Positions 26,349 through 38,400 of a stretch of 64,000 nucleotides of DNA are shown here, piece after piece (positions within the stretch are counted from its first letter, which is position 1; every line of letters begins with the position of its first letter). This DNA comes from Saccostrea echinata (taxonomy: Eukaryota): assembly GCF_033153115.1 (NCBI RefSeq), contig NW_026889761.1:18042001-18106000 (forward strand), read 5' to 3'. The position numbers and the translations under genes were made by a program. The notes beneath the pieces were generated by a model. The model ran no database searches. It worked only from the letters and a program-made list of their open reading frames with translations, and was not told the DNA's origin.

Positions 26349-29318
26349 TCCCACGCTGGAAGCTCCCGCCTTTACCGTATCTAGGATACCGCTACCTTCC
26401 TCCTAAAAGAAAAGAAAAGTAAAACTGTAGGTTCTCTAACTTATTCTGTATAATGATGACATAAATTGTTTTAGCTTTAATACAGTAATTTGTTCTGTAT
26501 CAGTATCACCTACAAGCTAGGTTATTCTGTAAGTTTTCTTTTCAAGATCGTTTGTGACGATGAATGAAAACATTGAACGCCAAGGAGATGGGCGAACATA
26601 GCGTGCAGAAAGCCTATAGCTTCAGAAATATAAAAATCATGTTCAGTTTGTGAATTTAATATTTAGAGTAAAGTTCTCATTATTGAAATTTATGTAACTG
26701 TGATAAACAAAACTTTTCTGAGGAAAAATTTCTCGGCAAAATTTATTTTATTAAAAAAATTAATGTGGTATTCGTGGGGTTCGAACCCTAAGCAATAAAA
26801 ATCCTGAGAATCATTTTCTTTCGAGACTAGCACGCTAACCACTAGACTACACAAGTCCTGACGAACAGTGGCATTTAAATCATGTTTGTGATATGACCCT
26901 TGACTTAATGGACTTCAAGTATTTCTCGAAAAGATGCGAATGTTATGTCATAAAATTATATTTTTAAGGTATAGTGGGTCTTTGCTCCATATTTTTGGTA
27001 AGCAAAAAATGTATATTTTTATGCAAACTTTGAGGATTAACTTTCAAAAAGGTGGAGCGAAGACCCACTCATATCGAAAAACAGTGTTATAGTATGCGAA
27101 AATGACTCTTTTTGCCCTCTTTAGTGTGTGTCTAATATTTCACAAGCAAATAATTTCAAACTTTGAGGGATTTTTGCAAATTGTAGAGATTTTACATAAA
27201 GTATATTTTAATGTTAGACGAAATATCAAGGAAAATTTTGATATAATAGAAATTTAATTTTTCATCTTCATGTTTGTCACACTGTGGGCTTATCGCTCGT
27301 CATGTTCACCCATCTCCTTTACAAATACCGTTATTATCAAACTGTGAACTAGACGACAAAGTAACTTTGAATAGACTGAACATCAAAAACTTACTTCCGC
27401 GCTGGAAGCTCCCGCCTTTATCGTATCCAGGATACCGCCACCTTCTTCCTTTGGTTCCTCTTCCTTCGGTTCCTCTTTGGGTTCTTCCTCTTTTGGTTCT
27501 TCTTTGGGTGGTTCCGGTGCTTCTTCTACAGCTTCTTGGACCTCTTCACAAGGAGAGGGCTCTTCAAATTCAACAATGTCGTCCTCAAGTGTTTTGCCTT
27601 TCTGAATACCCTCAAACTTGGCTGTTGGTTTCTGCTCCTCTGCAACTGTTTCCTCCGACGATCCTGCGTCTTCCTTTGTAGAATCCTCTTTCTTTTCCTC
27701 TGAGCCCTCGTCTTTTGTCTCTTCGGAACCTTCTCCTTTCTCTTCGGAACCTTCCCCTTTCTCATCGGATGATTCTCCTTTCTCTTCCGCTGACTTTTCG
27801 TCTGTTGGTTCTGTTTTCTCTTCCGATGACGTCACAACTGCTTTGTCAGATGGCTTGGGAATAGGATCGTAAATTCGTATATGTGCGTACTCATCCCCGA
27901 CTTTAACCTTATAAATGTAAAATGATTTGTTATTAAGTATGTTTCAAATTATAATTTGATCAATAAAGTTTATAGTACTTGTTGATACTTTGCTTCCGAT
28001 GCTAGCAAATGAAACTACGATTAATTTAAAACTTTTATAGAACTGCTTCTAGAGGTGAACTAAATTAAGGAGCACGAAAGGTCAAAATCAACAAAGAATT
28101 AGAATCATCGATCAATATACGAGTACTATATCAAAAGAAATAGTGAACTATATTAAGAAAAACTCAACAACTCAGTTAAGTTAAAAAGAAGAAAAATTTC
28201 CAATTCAATATGTATGATCGATGTACAGTAATTTCGTATTTGCATCCTCTATGATTTAGGATACAAATACGATTTGGGGAGGATGACATCCTCTTGCTAC
28301 AGTTCATACTAGGAAGCGTGTATTGTCAGGCGGAACCTCTGTCCAAGTAAAGCAAGAAGGAATTGTGAAGTTAATTCATGAACACGAAAAATTATATATT
28401 CTAGAGATCCGTTAGTCCGAAATATCTGACGTTTTCCAGGCTTTTTTCACGTAAAATATTAAATCGTAAAAAAAAAAGCTATTTCGGACTAGAGATCCGT
28501 ATAAAACGTTCTTTCGATAATGACCCAAACACCGTCATTTCGAGGATACAAAGAAAGCACTTTCATGGCAGTTCACCCATTGAAGAAAATAAGATCCCTC
28601 AAATTCCATATAGGAAAGACAATATTTAATTTTAGTGATAAAGTACAAGAGGCTTTCAATTCATAATGCATACTCCCAAACATCGTAGCAAACCACGGCC
28701 AAAATGTACGATCCTCTCCCATGCTAGGAGAGAGCTATATGCGGACTCCGGACCATGGCTTGAGACGATGACTCCCAAAGAAAATTATCAATACTAGTAC
28801 ATGTATGTGTTAAAAAAAAATACTCTCTCTATATAAACTGGATTTATCTTTTCTTAATTTTCCCCCTGAAATGAATCGTTGTAGGCCGTAAAACATACCT
28901 TAATGAAATATAAATTTGCTGCAACGACTTGTTTCCTGAAAGAGACGGCTTCAAAGGTATCCAGTTCTGTTCCAAATTCTTTTTCCACGTCAGCTTTAAA
29001 CTACAATAAAAGAATAAAGTCTATGCTCAAATCATAATAAAGTACGCACATGCACATAGACGAACTTTTAGATAAATGTATAGTTTAAATTTGTGTAGCA
29101 AACAGGATAACGCTGACGTGAATATACATGTATCAAATGATAAAAAAAATTATTTTAAGTATAATTGGTATTGCAGATATTTGTTTCTACAGATAGCACT
29201 TCTTTAACACATAATGAAATACCTTTTCAGCCAGAGCTTTGACTTCCTCGTTTGGTACATTTGTCTGGGAGAGTTCCCCAGTAGTTGGTTCCTGGTTCTT
29301 AGATTTGTTGCAACCCAT
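26349..29318 (-). CDS. Divergent stefin/cystatin-like protein with N-terminal myristoylation motif and Glu/Lys-rich C-terminal extension (3' end uncertain)
   Basis: Phase-0 exons 29318-29223 (MGCNKSK...VKALAEK), 29000-28899 (FKADVEKEFGTELDTFEAVSFRKQVVAANLYFIK, same 102-nt size as stefin exon 2), 27907-27395 (VKVGDEYAHIRIYDPIPK plus acidic tail), 26402-26349; possible last exon 26106-26080 (KRNVVHSW*). Confidence 0.85.
26770..26852 (-). repeat. tRNA-derived (SINE-head-like) sequence
   Basis: Minus strand has an A-box (tagtctagtggttag) and a B-box (gggttcgaacccc) but no complete cloverleaf. Confidence 0.5.
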
Positions 29319-30204
29319 TTTGAAGTTAAATTTCCTGAAACATAAAATACCGATATAAGAAAGATTAATATTCCTTGGCACCAAATTGTGAGCTGATTTG
29401 AATAATATCCCAAACATCCAGACTTACTTGAATTTCCTACAAAGCAGCGACGAAATTCAGAGAAGTTTGGGCTGAGAAACCAATGTGGCACCTGAGGATG
29501 CTGTGTAGACAATGACTTTGGAATCCTCCTCTCTCCTATACAAACATGTCGGACATCCGTCATTGTTCAGGACCTGACCAGGTTGACGTATCAGTGTTAT
29601 AATGTACGGAACATTCAATGTCCGCATACGACACCGAATTTATGTGTATTCATTGTACTATCCCTCATACATTGAACGTTGAACATCCTATTGGAGATCG
29701 ACCGCGGTGAACGATTTGTAGTGAAAACTGGGTGTTTGTAAAAAGAAAATAAAAAAAATCATAGCTTTAAATCTTCATCTTTAAGTTGTTATTTAGTTTG
29801 ATCTGAGGAACTTTTAAATGCATGTATTCTATATATTTTTAAAGAATATCCATTATTCACTGTATGTTCAGAAAAAAATTCTGAATCCATATCACCCAGA
29901 GTATCATCACAAGTCTTTGGGTGGTTGATTTAATATGTATACATGTATCATCAGTTTCATTTTTTCTAAGATCCTCTAATAAGATTTATTATTATGGTAA
30001 TGTGCTCGGTACAATACTCACACTACAGATTCAGAAATTAGACATGTTTTCATCCAAGAAGGAATTAAAACAGAAGCCGACAGCGTGTAAATTTTAAATG
30101 TGAGTAGACATGGACACTACAAGGGGTCGTCAGAACTGGACTAAATTTAGGCTGAAAATGGGTAGAAATGAATTTCGCACCTAAGTTGATTCTAAAAACC
30201 CCAC

Positions 30205-32172
30205 CCAAATTTACTTTCATCAATTACAGTTTGACAAAATAACCCCCAAAAAACCACTGTCAATGGAGGTGCAGCCGAGGTTGACAATCAGCATTGTCTT
30301 GGTTTTCGATAGATGAAATTTTCAATGTTGATTCCTGAACTACATGCAATATTTGTTTTATACTGAATGGTTTAAACAAATAAATTTAGCGTTAAACGTA
30401 TGTGCATATATTCCGTGCAGTCAACATTTTTGTATATCCCGTCGTCAAGTAATATTGACTGTTGCTAAGTTCCATCACGCTGGAGGGCGTAGCTTTTTTT
30501 TCATTCAGAGGGTAATAGTATATAAATATTGCATGTAGTTGAGTGAAACATTGAAAATTTTTACCCCAAGAACCGAGGTTGAGAATGGTTTTCTTGGGGT
30601 GATTTTTTTCAATGTTACACTCAACTACATGCAATATTTATTATATTATACCAGTGGCGGATCCAGAAGTTCTTGTTGGGGGGGGGGGGGGGTTTGAGGC
30701 CCGTACGGCCGAAGGGGAAGGGCATGGGAGGGGGTGTCCCCCTCCTATTGGTTGGGGCTTGGGGGGCCTCCCCAGAGAAATTTTTCTTAAAAATGGCTCC
30801 AAATGGTGCATTTTCCAGCATTTTAGATTGAATGAATTAGTTTTTTGCCACTTCTTTTTTCAAGACCGACCTACCCAAATTTTCAAGAATTTGAACAAAA
30901 ATTAAAACTTAACTTCCATGTAAACATGAAAAATGATACTCTTCTAAAAAATAAATAAATAACTGTAAAATCTGATAAAATTAGAAATATCGACATTTGA
31001 TATATATATATATAATATCCAATTCTTTATTTTAAAATGCACGACCAATGTGTCACATGTGAAGCTCTGAGTATAAAAAATGCAACTGATGTGCAATTTC
31101 CCAACACTAAGAAAATTTGGATTTTGTGTAGAAACTCTTATTATTCTTTTCAACCACTTGACTATACTATTTATATAATTTGCAATATAAATAAATAATG
31201 ATATTTCATATTGAAGAATAAATATAAATTATTTTGGGAAAATTCTGAAATTATTGCTTATTTATGGAGGGGGGGTAATTATAATTTTTAACATAAATGC
31301 ACCCTTTAATTCTATTTTTTTTTACCCACTTACTAGCCGAATGTTTGAAAAAAAGTCTTGAAAGTCTCGAATGGTCTACTTTCCCAGTATAGTTATGTCA
31401 TGAAAATATTGTATCAGGGACGTTTATACTATAAAATATACGTCCCTGATTGTATTAATTATTTTTTTTCTAAATAATAATAATCACAGTTTATTCAAGT
31501 AGTTCAATAAAGTAACATTCAATTATCGAAGAAAGAAAATTCATGAAAGAATACGATACCGTAATAACTATGTACAGTTTCGGTTGTTAGTGTAGTTTCG
31601 GTTGTTAGTGTATGACCTTGTGTCATCACTAGCTGCACGGACTAGCATGATCTCTGTACTGTTGATTACTTGTGTATTGTGTGCGCTCAAGCGGAAAGGG
31701 ATTTCTTGTGGTGGCTGTATATTTCACCTCTTTGTGTAAAACAATGGGCTTGGATAGAGTCTCAGTTATGAAAGATATTGTTAAAATGACACTTCTAAAA
31801 ATTTTTTTTGGATTGGGCGGGGGGGGGGGAGGGGGTTTGCCGACCCCCCCCCCCCCAAACCCCCCTGAATCCGCCACTGTTATACTGAATGTTTTATACA
31901 AATACATATAACAGTGAACTGTGCGCGCATAAATTCTGCGCAGTACTATTACCCGCTGAATGATGAAGCCACGCCCTCCAGCGTAGCAACAGTTAACATT
32001 GCTTGGCGACGGGTGATATTCCAAAAAATAATAGTGTATTTTAACAAATGTTTCTCGACGAACATGACGAATCAGATTCAACTAATTTACATGAAAGTAT
32101 AGTATTGTTATTTAACAAATGTTTTTCAACGGTTCAGATTCATGTAATTATATAATTTACACAGAAGTATAA
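30205..32172. mobile_element. Two nested Crypton-like elements (inner copy about 30521-32104)
   Basis: Two hairpins with ccgaggttga loops, each followed by ttatactgaatg and ending in aagtata(a/g)ta; the outer copy resumes after 32104. Confidence 0.6.
30652..31879. mobile_element. hAT-like non-autonomous element with 6-bp TSD
   Basis: TIRs cagtggcggatcc / gaatccgccactg; ttatac duplicated at 30646-30651 and 31880-31885. Confidence 0.85.
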
Positions 32173-32444
32173 TATCACAGAATAAAATACAACGATGCTA
32201 ACCACTCGAAATACACTAGGTGTGCGTTTGACTCAGGTTACCAAACGAAAACAAACGCACAGGAGGCTAAGAAATCGAACGCATCTAATAAGTAAAGAAA
32301 GATAACTCTTTTTTTTCCTGCACTTCCGGTAGATCACATGAATGAATGAAATGAAAGAAAGATGATGAACAGCTGATTAATGAAAACAATGCTAGTTAAA
32401 TCAGGATCCGCATGTCTCCGATGCACAGTTCAGTTTAGCAGATC

Positions 32445-35400
32445 ATGAGTTACAAAGATAGCATCAGTCCACCGGAAGACACGGATGGGGATCCAGGCGT
32501 TTACAGGAATATCCCCCCAGTAGCACAAGGTGACGCTCAAACAGAAGGTGATGATGGGCAGTTTGATTTCTCATTCTCGACTTCTCTGGTGCGGGATGCA
32601 TCTGAAAAATGCAAGAACATTGCTCACTCAATTAATTCTTCACAAAATAATCAACGCGTGATCAACGATAGAAAACTGTCTTTCTGTAAAGAAATAGCTG
32701 GTAAAAATATTTATATGATAACTAAGCCTAGGTTTAGAAGTTTACCCCTCACACTCAGGCTTCAGTGGGATACTATGCTCAGCTATGCTATTTTGATTGA
32801 CTTCTTCACTGAAATCGTCAATACAAATATTTTACCTGAGCAGAAGTATTTCAGTGTTACCCCCACTAACTTTTCCTGAACCAAATAAGGTTACTGTTTC
32901 ATTATGATATGAGGCAATGTACTTCTCAAATACACTGTGATTTCCTGTCACACAGAATCTGTCCTCAAATAGCATGATTTCTATGTATCACAGTTGTTTT
33001 CCCATTGCACACATCCTTAAAATCTTATACACATTGGCAAAATACTATTATTACATGTGTCTTGTTCAGTTCTTGTTTGTAAAGATACAATGAATTGCAT
33101 ACCAAGTTCTGAGTGCAGATGCATATGAAAGTATAAAATAATGTATTAATCTCAAATGAATTTAAAGAACATGGACAAAAGAAAAAGTAAATTGAAGACA
33201 AATTTCATTTGTGCAAAGATTTGTTTTATTTTGATTAGTAATTTAATATAGGGTGGCATTTGTAGAATTTATCTCAAAAATATTTTATTGCAGAACGGAC
33301 TCATCTCTTACAAGCCACAGTGTTCATAGAAGATGCTGCTAGGGTGAGTAAAGAGGATCTTCAAACTAAAGAGATTAAGTAATTAAGTTTATTGTTTACA
33401 AACATTAATTCAACTACATACACTTATTTTGCTGTGTTGATATTTCAGTATCGGGAGATTTGCCATCGTGTGGACAAGAGAGCTCTACAGATCTACAGAC
33501 TCTACCATTCCAACCTTTTACAAAGGTCATTCCTTAGAGAATTTTTCTTTCATGTCACTCTCAAACACACTCGCATTAAATAACTTTGTCAAATCAACAA
33601 TAGAATTATTTTTTTCCCAAAGGTACATAAACAATAAAAAAAAAGTTGTTAATGAGATTTCAAATTAAAAAGTTAAAGTCAAGTTTTCTTCTCCATTATA
33701 GATCCAAAACATAAGCTTTAATATATGTCAATATTTCAGGAGCCGCTATGCCTTTATTTTTGTGCTCCTTTTCCTGGCATTCTTTGAATTCCCGTCCTCT
33801 CTGACCTGGACGTCAGACATTCGTAACAGGGGAGACAGAGTGGATGTTCCCTGCGGAGTCACAGAGGGGATAGAACTCATCTGTTTACTCTTCTTTGTGA
33901 CAGATGTCATAATAAAAGTAAATTCTTAATTCTTTAAAAAGTAATCTACTTTTTTTTTTACACAAGAAGTAATTATCCTAGTCATGTTTATTTTGAGCTT
34001 ATAACATACATGTGATAATTTTTAGACCCAAATACTGTACAGGGGTCTTCAAAATACTGGAATTTGGATGAAAATACTGTACATTGTTCATCCAAAAACT
34101 GTACAAAAAATGTACAAAATATCAACCAAAAATCAAGAGGTTCATTTTTTATTAAAAAATTTCAAATCAGCGAACAAGTGTATATAATTACTGGGGAAAC
34201 TTGATTTCACTTTCATTATGGTATTGAAATCCTAACATGAAAAAATTCAAAAGATATTTATGAAGAAAGATTATATTTATTTATACTTTCAAAACATGAT
34301 CAAGGGATTTTTTTGTTTGTTTTAAGAGCTGCTTTAGCATTTTTGAATTGTATATGTTAACCACAGTTTGTGTAATTTGATGATGACATTTTCCAGTACT
34401 GGTTGATTGGCTTCACTCAGTTCCGTAAGAAGAAGTGGATGGTAGCTACTGTGTTTGTTCTGGGGATTTCCCTCGTAGACTGGTGTGTCAGCATCAGCTT
34501 CAAATGTAATGAGGTCTGTAAAAGTGTAATAAGGTTTGTAATAATGTAATAAGAAGTATGTAATAATTATTTGATTAGGTTTGTAAAAATGTAATGAGGT
34601 CTGGAAAAAATATGATAGGGTCTGTAGTAATGTAATGAAGTCTCTAATAATGTAATAAGCCTTGTAATAATGTATTGAACTCTGTATTAATGTAATTAAT
34701 AGGCTTGTAATAAAATAATAAGGGTTGAGATACCATATTAAGTCTAGTAATATGATGAAGTTTGTAATAATGTAATAAAGTTTATAATAATGTCATGAGG
34801 TCTGTAATAACGATCCTTATAAATTTCATTGATTCTGATTGATATATACTGATTTATTCTGTCTGATTTATGAAAATTAAAGAATAAATTATCTAACATT
34901 ACATGGATATGAAGTAAACTATTAAAAACCAAGAAATTATAATTAATTTTCATTTAGCAATTTTATAATTTATTGAAGAAGGCTACTTTATTCCTTGTTA
35001 TCTATTGTAGGCAACTCGATTTCGAAGAATAATCCGTCCATTTTTTGTTATAAACTACTCGAGCATCATGAAGAAGACTGTTAAATGTCTGCAGAGGACT
35101 TTACCTGAGGTTATTAGGTAACTTGTTAACATATATTAAGGCTTATAATAAATGTCAAGTAAGACTGATGTTTATTTTGTAATTCTTTTGTCTCTTCATT
35201 GATCAATGCACAACATAATGTACAGGTCAAAGGGAGATAATTTACTTCATAATGTTTACTTTCAGTGTCTTGCTGTTGCTTGGATTACATCTTTTTATAT
35301 TTTCACTGATTGGAATGTTGTTATTCCCTAATCCTAAGGTACAGGTTAAACCCACTTCCTACTTTGATGATATTTTTATAAATTTTCCATCCTTTTCTTC

Positions 35401-38400
35401 AGTATAAGTATCTTTATTGTTTCAGCCCTATGATGAGATGAGCAATATTACTGATGGTGTATCTGCCTTGCTGTCAAACACTACCACTCCCTCCCCCTCT
35501 AACTCTACAACTGTGGTAATTAAGTCAAGTTTCATTCCTAATTCTTAAATTTTGTCCTGTAAAATGTGTTTTCATTCAACACTTTGCATCATAATCCAGT
35601 ACAATGTAGAACTTTGTCGGACTGAACCATAATTGCTCATCATAAATGTTGTTGAGTTATATGCACTAGGTAAAGGATGGATTCTAACAACGGTATTGCA
35701 TTGTTTATTAATATCACTAAATTTTATTTCTAAGATAGGAGAAGGTGATAAATATTTCCGTAGTTTACTCGACTCCTTCATGAATCTCCTGGTTCTCCTC
35801 ACAACAGCCAACAACCCTGATGGTGAGCAGTAAAAGTGTTTCTTCCATTACTTAATTTAATTTCAATTATTTAGTTTATCCATAATTTCTTAAAATAATC
35901 AATCAAATTCTGTTTTTCATTTATGAATTTAGATCGAAAAGATGAGCTCATATTAAAGTCATTCTTTTTTTTCCCTATTCAGTAATGATGCCTGTATACC
36001 AACAAAACAGATTGTACTCTTTATATTTCATCTTGTTTCTCCTTATTGGTAAGAATCTGTTTTATTTTAGAGATACATGTACATCATTTCCTGATAAAAC
36101 TGCTCTATAGAACATTTATTTAAAAAAATACAATGTAACGTATATACTCGCCTATAAGTCGGTCCGCCTATAAGTCGGTTGTATTTTTAAAGCTTAAATT
36201 GAAGGGATTGACCCACTAAAATACCAGTCTTTTTATAACTCGCGTATAAGTCGGATAATGAGTTTTGGATCAAAGTTTAACTCCCAAAAAACTGACTTAT
36301 AGGCGAGTATATACGGTATTTGTCATGCCATTAGTACATTATAACAACACCAAACAACAAAAGCAATTAGTGTTACACATGTATTTTATGCATGCATAAA
36401 AGATTTAAAATTCTGATTTATTTTCATTCTTTTCTTGCACCCAGGGAACTACTGTTTTATGAACATGCTTCTGGCTGTTATTTACAACCAGTTCCGAGGA
36501 TATTTCCAGGTAAATAAGAAATATTTAAAAAGCATTTAATAACAAGATTGAAACTCAGACTAATCTTATTTAACTCTAAAATCTTTTTTGTATCAGTTTT
36601 TTTCACTCTTTTTTAAGCATAGTTTACAGAATTATTTTGTGGTGTGTTGATGCAAATCTACTCAATATATTGCTCTTGCTTTACATTCTCAGCCGGACTT
36701 AATTTGCAGTGTACTATACATTATATTTGTCACACATTATTGTAGACCTCGATGCAGTCTGATCTTTTGAGGAGGAGGGTTGGAGTAAGAGCAGCTTATG
36801 AGGTCCTGAAAGAGACGAACACTCACTCCAACATCTCTCCCTCTGAACAAAGGTTAGAAAATCAGGGAGAAGGGGGGATTTTTATGGTATGTTCTTTATA
36901 AATTAGTGAGAAATTACTTGTTAATTTAGAAAAATGCTCTTTTGTCAGCTGCCAGTGTTTACCATTGTTTTGATTTACATACCATTAAGTATTGCTTTTT
37001 TTTATTGTTGCATATGAATAAGAATTTATATCTTCCAAATAATTGACAAATTCTTATCTTGTTGTTAACGGAGGCTGTTTACTTGTACTTGAATGATTGA
37101 TGCTTGGAATTGAAATGCCAGGTATTTCTGTTAGATGGAGAGGCTTAGTACAAACAATTTTTTTAACATATAAATTAAACAATGCAAAAATATGAAATTA
37201 TTAGGTCTTTTGATGTCATATTGAATAAATATGAACAGAAGGAGTAGGAGTATGAATTGATTGTTCCATCTCTGTTGTAGATATGGTGTTTCTCTGTACA
37301 ATGTGAAAACCATAGTAGAACATGCCGATTTACCTCAACATGTCAAGTCAGCATTAAGAACAGTGAGTTGTCTTTTGTTTTCTGCACATGATCCTTTAGA
37401 AATTTTGCGAGTTCATATTATCTGCCTTATTAAATTTTTGGTTTAAATCACTGAACAAAATTCCATTATTTTTGTAGACTAATTTAGTTCCTAAATACTG
37501 TAAATTTCTTATTTTACCCAAGTACTTATCACAAAATGACTCTTAGACGTCAAATCGGGAGAAAATAATTCACAACTGGATGATTGATCAAGAGATTTTA
37601 CTATTTCAGCACCATAAAAATAAAAGCGAGTAAATTTATTCCATGAGTGATGCTTCTTGCAAAATTACGTGATAATTTATTCTTCGTTATATAATTAGGA
37701 ATCTTCAGTAGATGGATGAAAAAGAAATAGTTTTAATGCTATGCAGATAAAGTTTTAATCATTATAAACAAAGTTTTAATATAAAAGTTAAGAACTTCCT
37801 GCTGAAAAAAAAAACTGAATTCACTCTCTTGAGTGATTGCTTAACAGTAAAATTCAGTTATAAGTAAGTCAGAAGGACTTGAATTTCACTGCCTTATAAC
37901 CGAGAATCATTATTTTCAGTATAGGGAACTTAGTGTAATCTCTTCTTTGGGATTCCTTAAGGTGTCCTGATAACCAAGATTTCCTTATAAGCGAGTTCTT
38001 TATAACCAAGTGTTACTGTGACTTGTTGAATTGATGACTATGGATATTTCTGCCTGTAGGATCTGGATAGGAAGGCAGTAATGGCCGACAACTATCTCTC
38101 TCTGACAGAATTCCAGGCTTGTTTTGATGCCATTGGAATAGACCCTCCTCAGAAACAGGTACAACTACTGATCCTGCCTTTGATTAATGCTTTTGCTTAC
38201 TGAATTTCATTTCTTAACTTGTTTCTGTGAATTTGATGCTTTGTTAACAGAAACCAGAGATTCGATGGTTCTCGAACCCCTGGATAAGAAGGTTACAGAG
38301 ATGTGTGGCACACAGATTCTTTGGTTACTTTGGCAATCTAGTCGCCACGGCCAATGTTATTGTGATTGCAGTAAGTGATTTTAGTGTTTAATGTTTTTTC

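Noticed and set aside
27274-27872. Plus-strand and alternative-frame ORFs (135, 84, 79 aa)
   Set aside because: Shadows of the low-complexity acidic exon on the minus strand.
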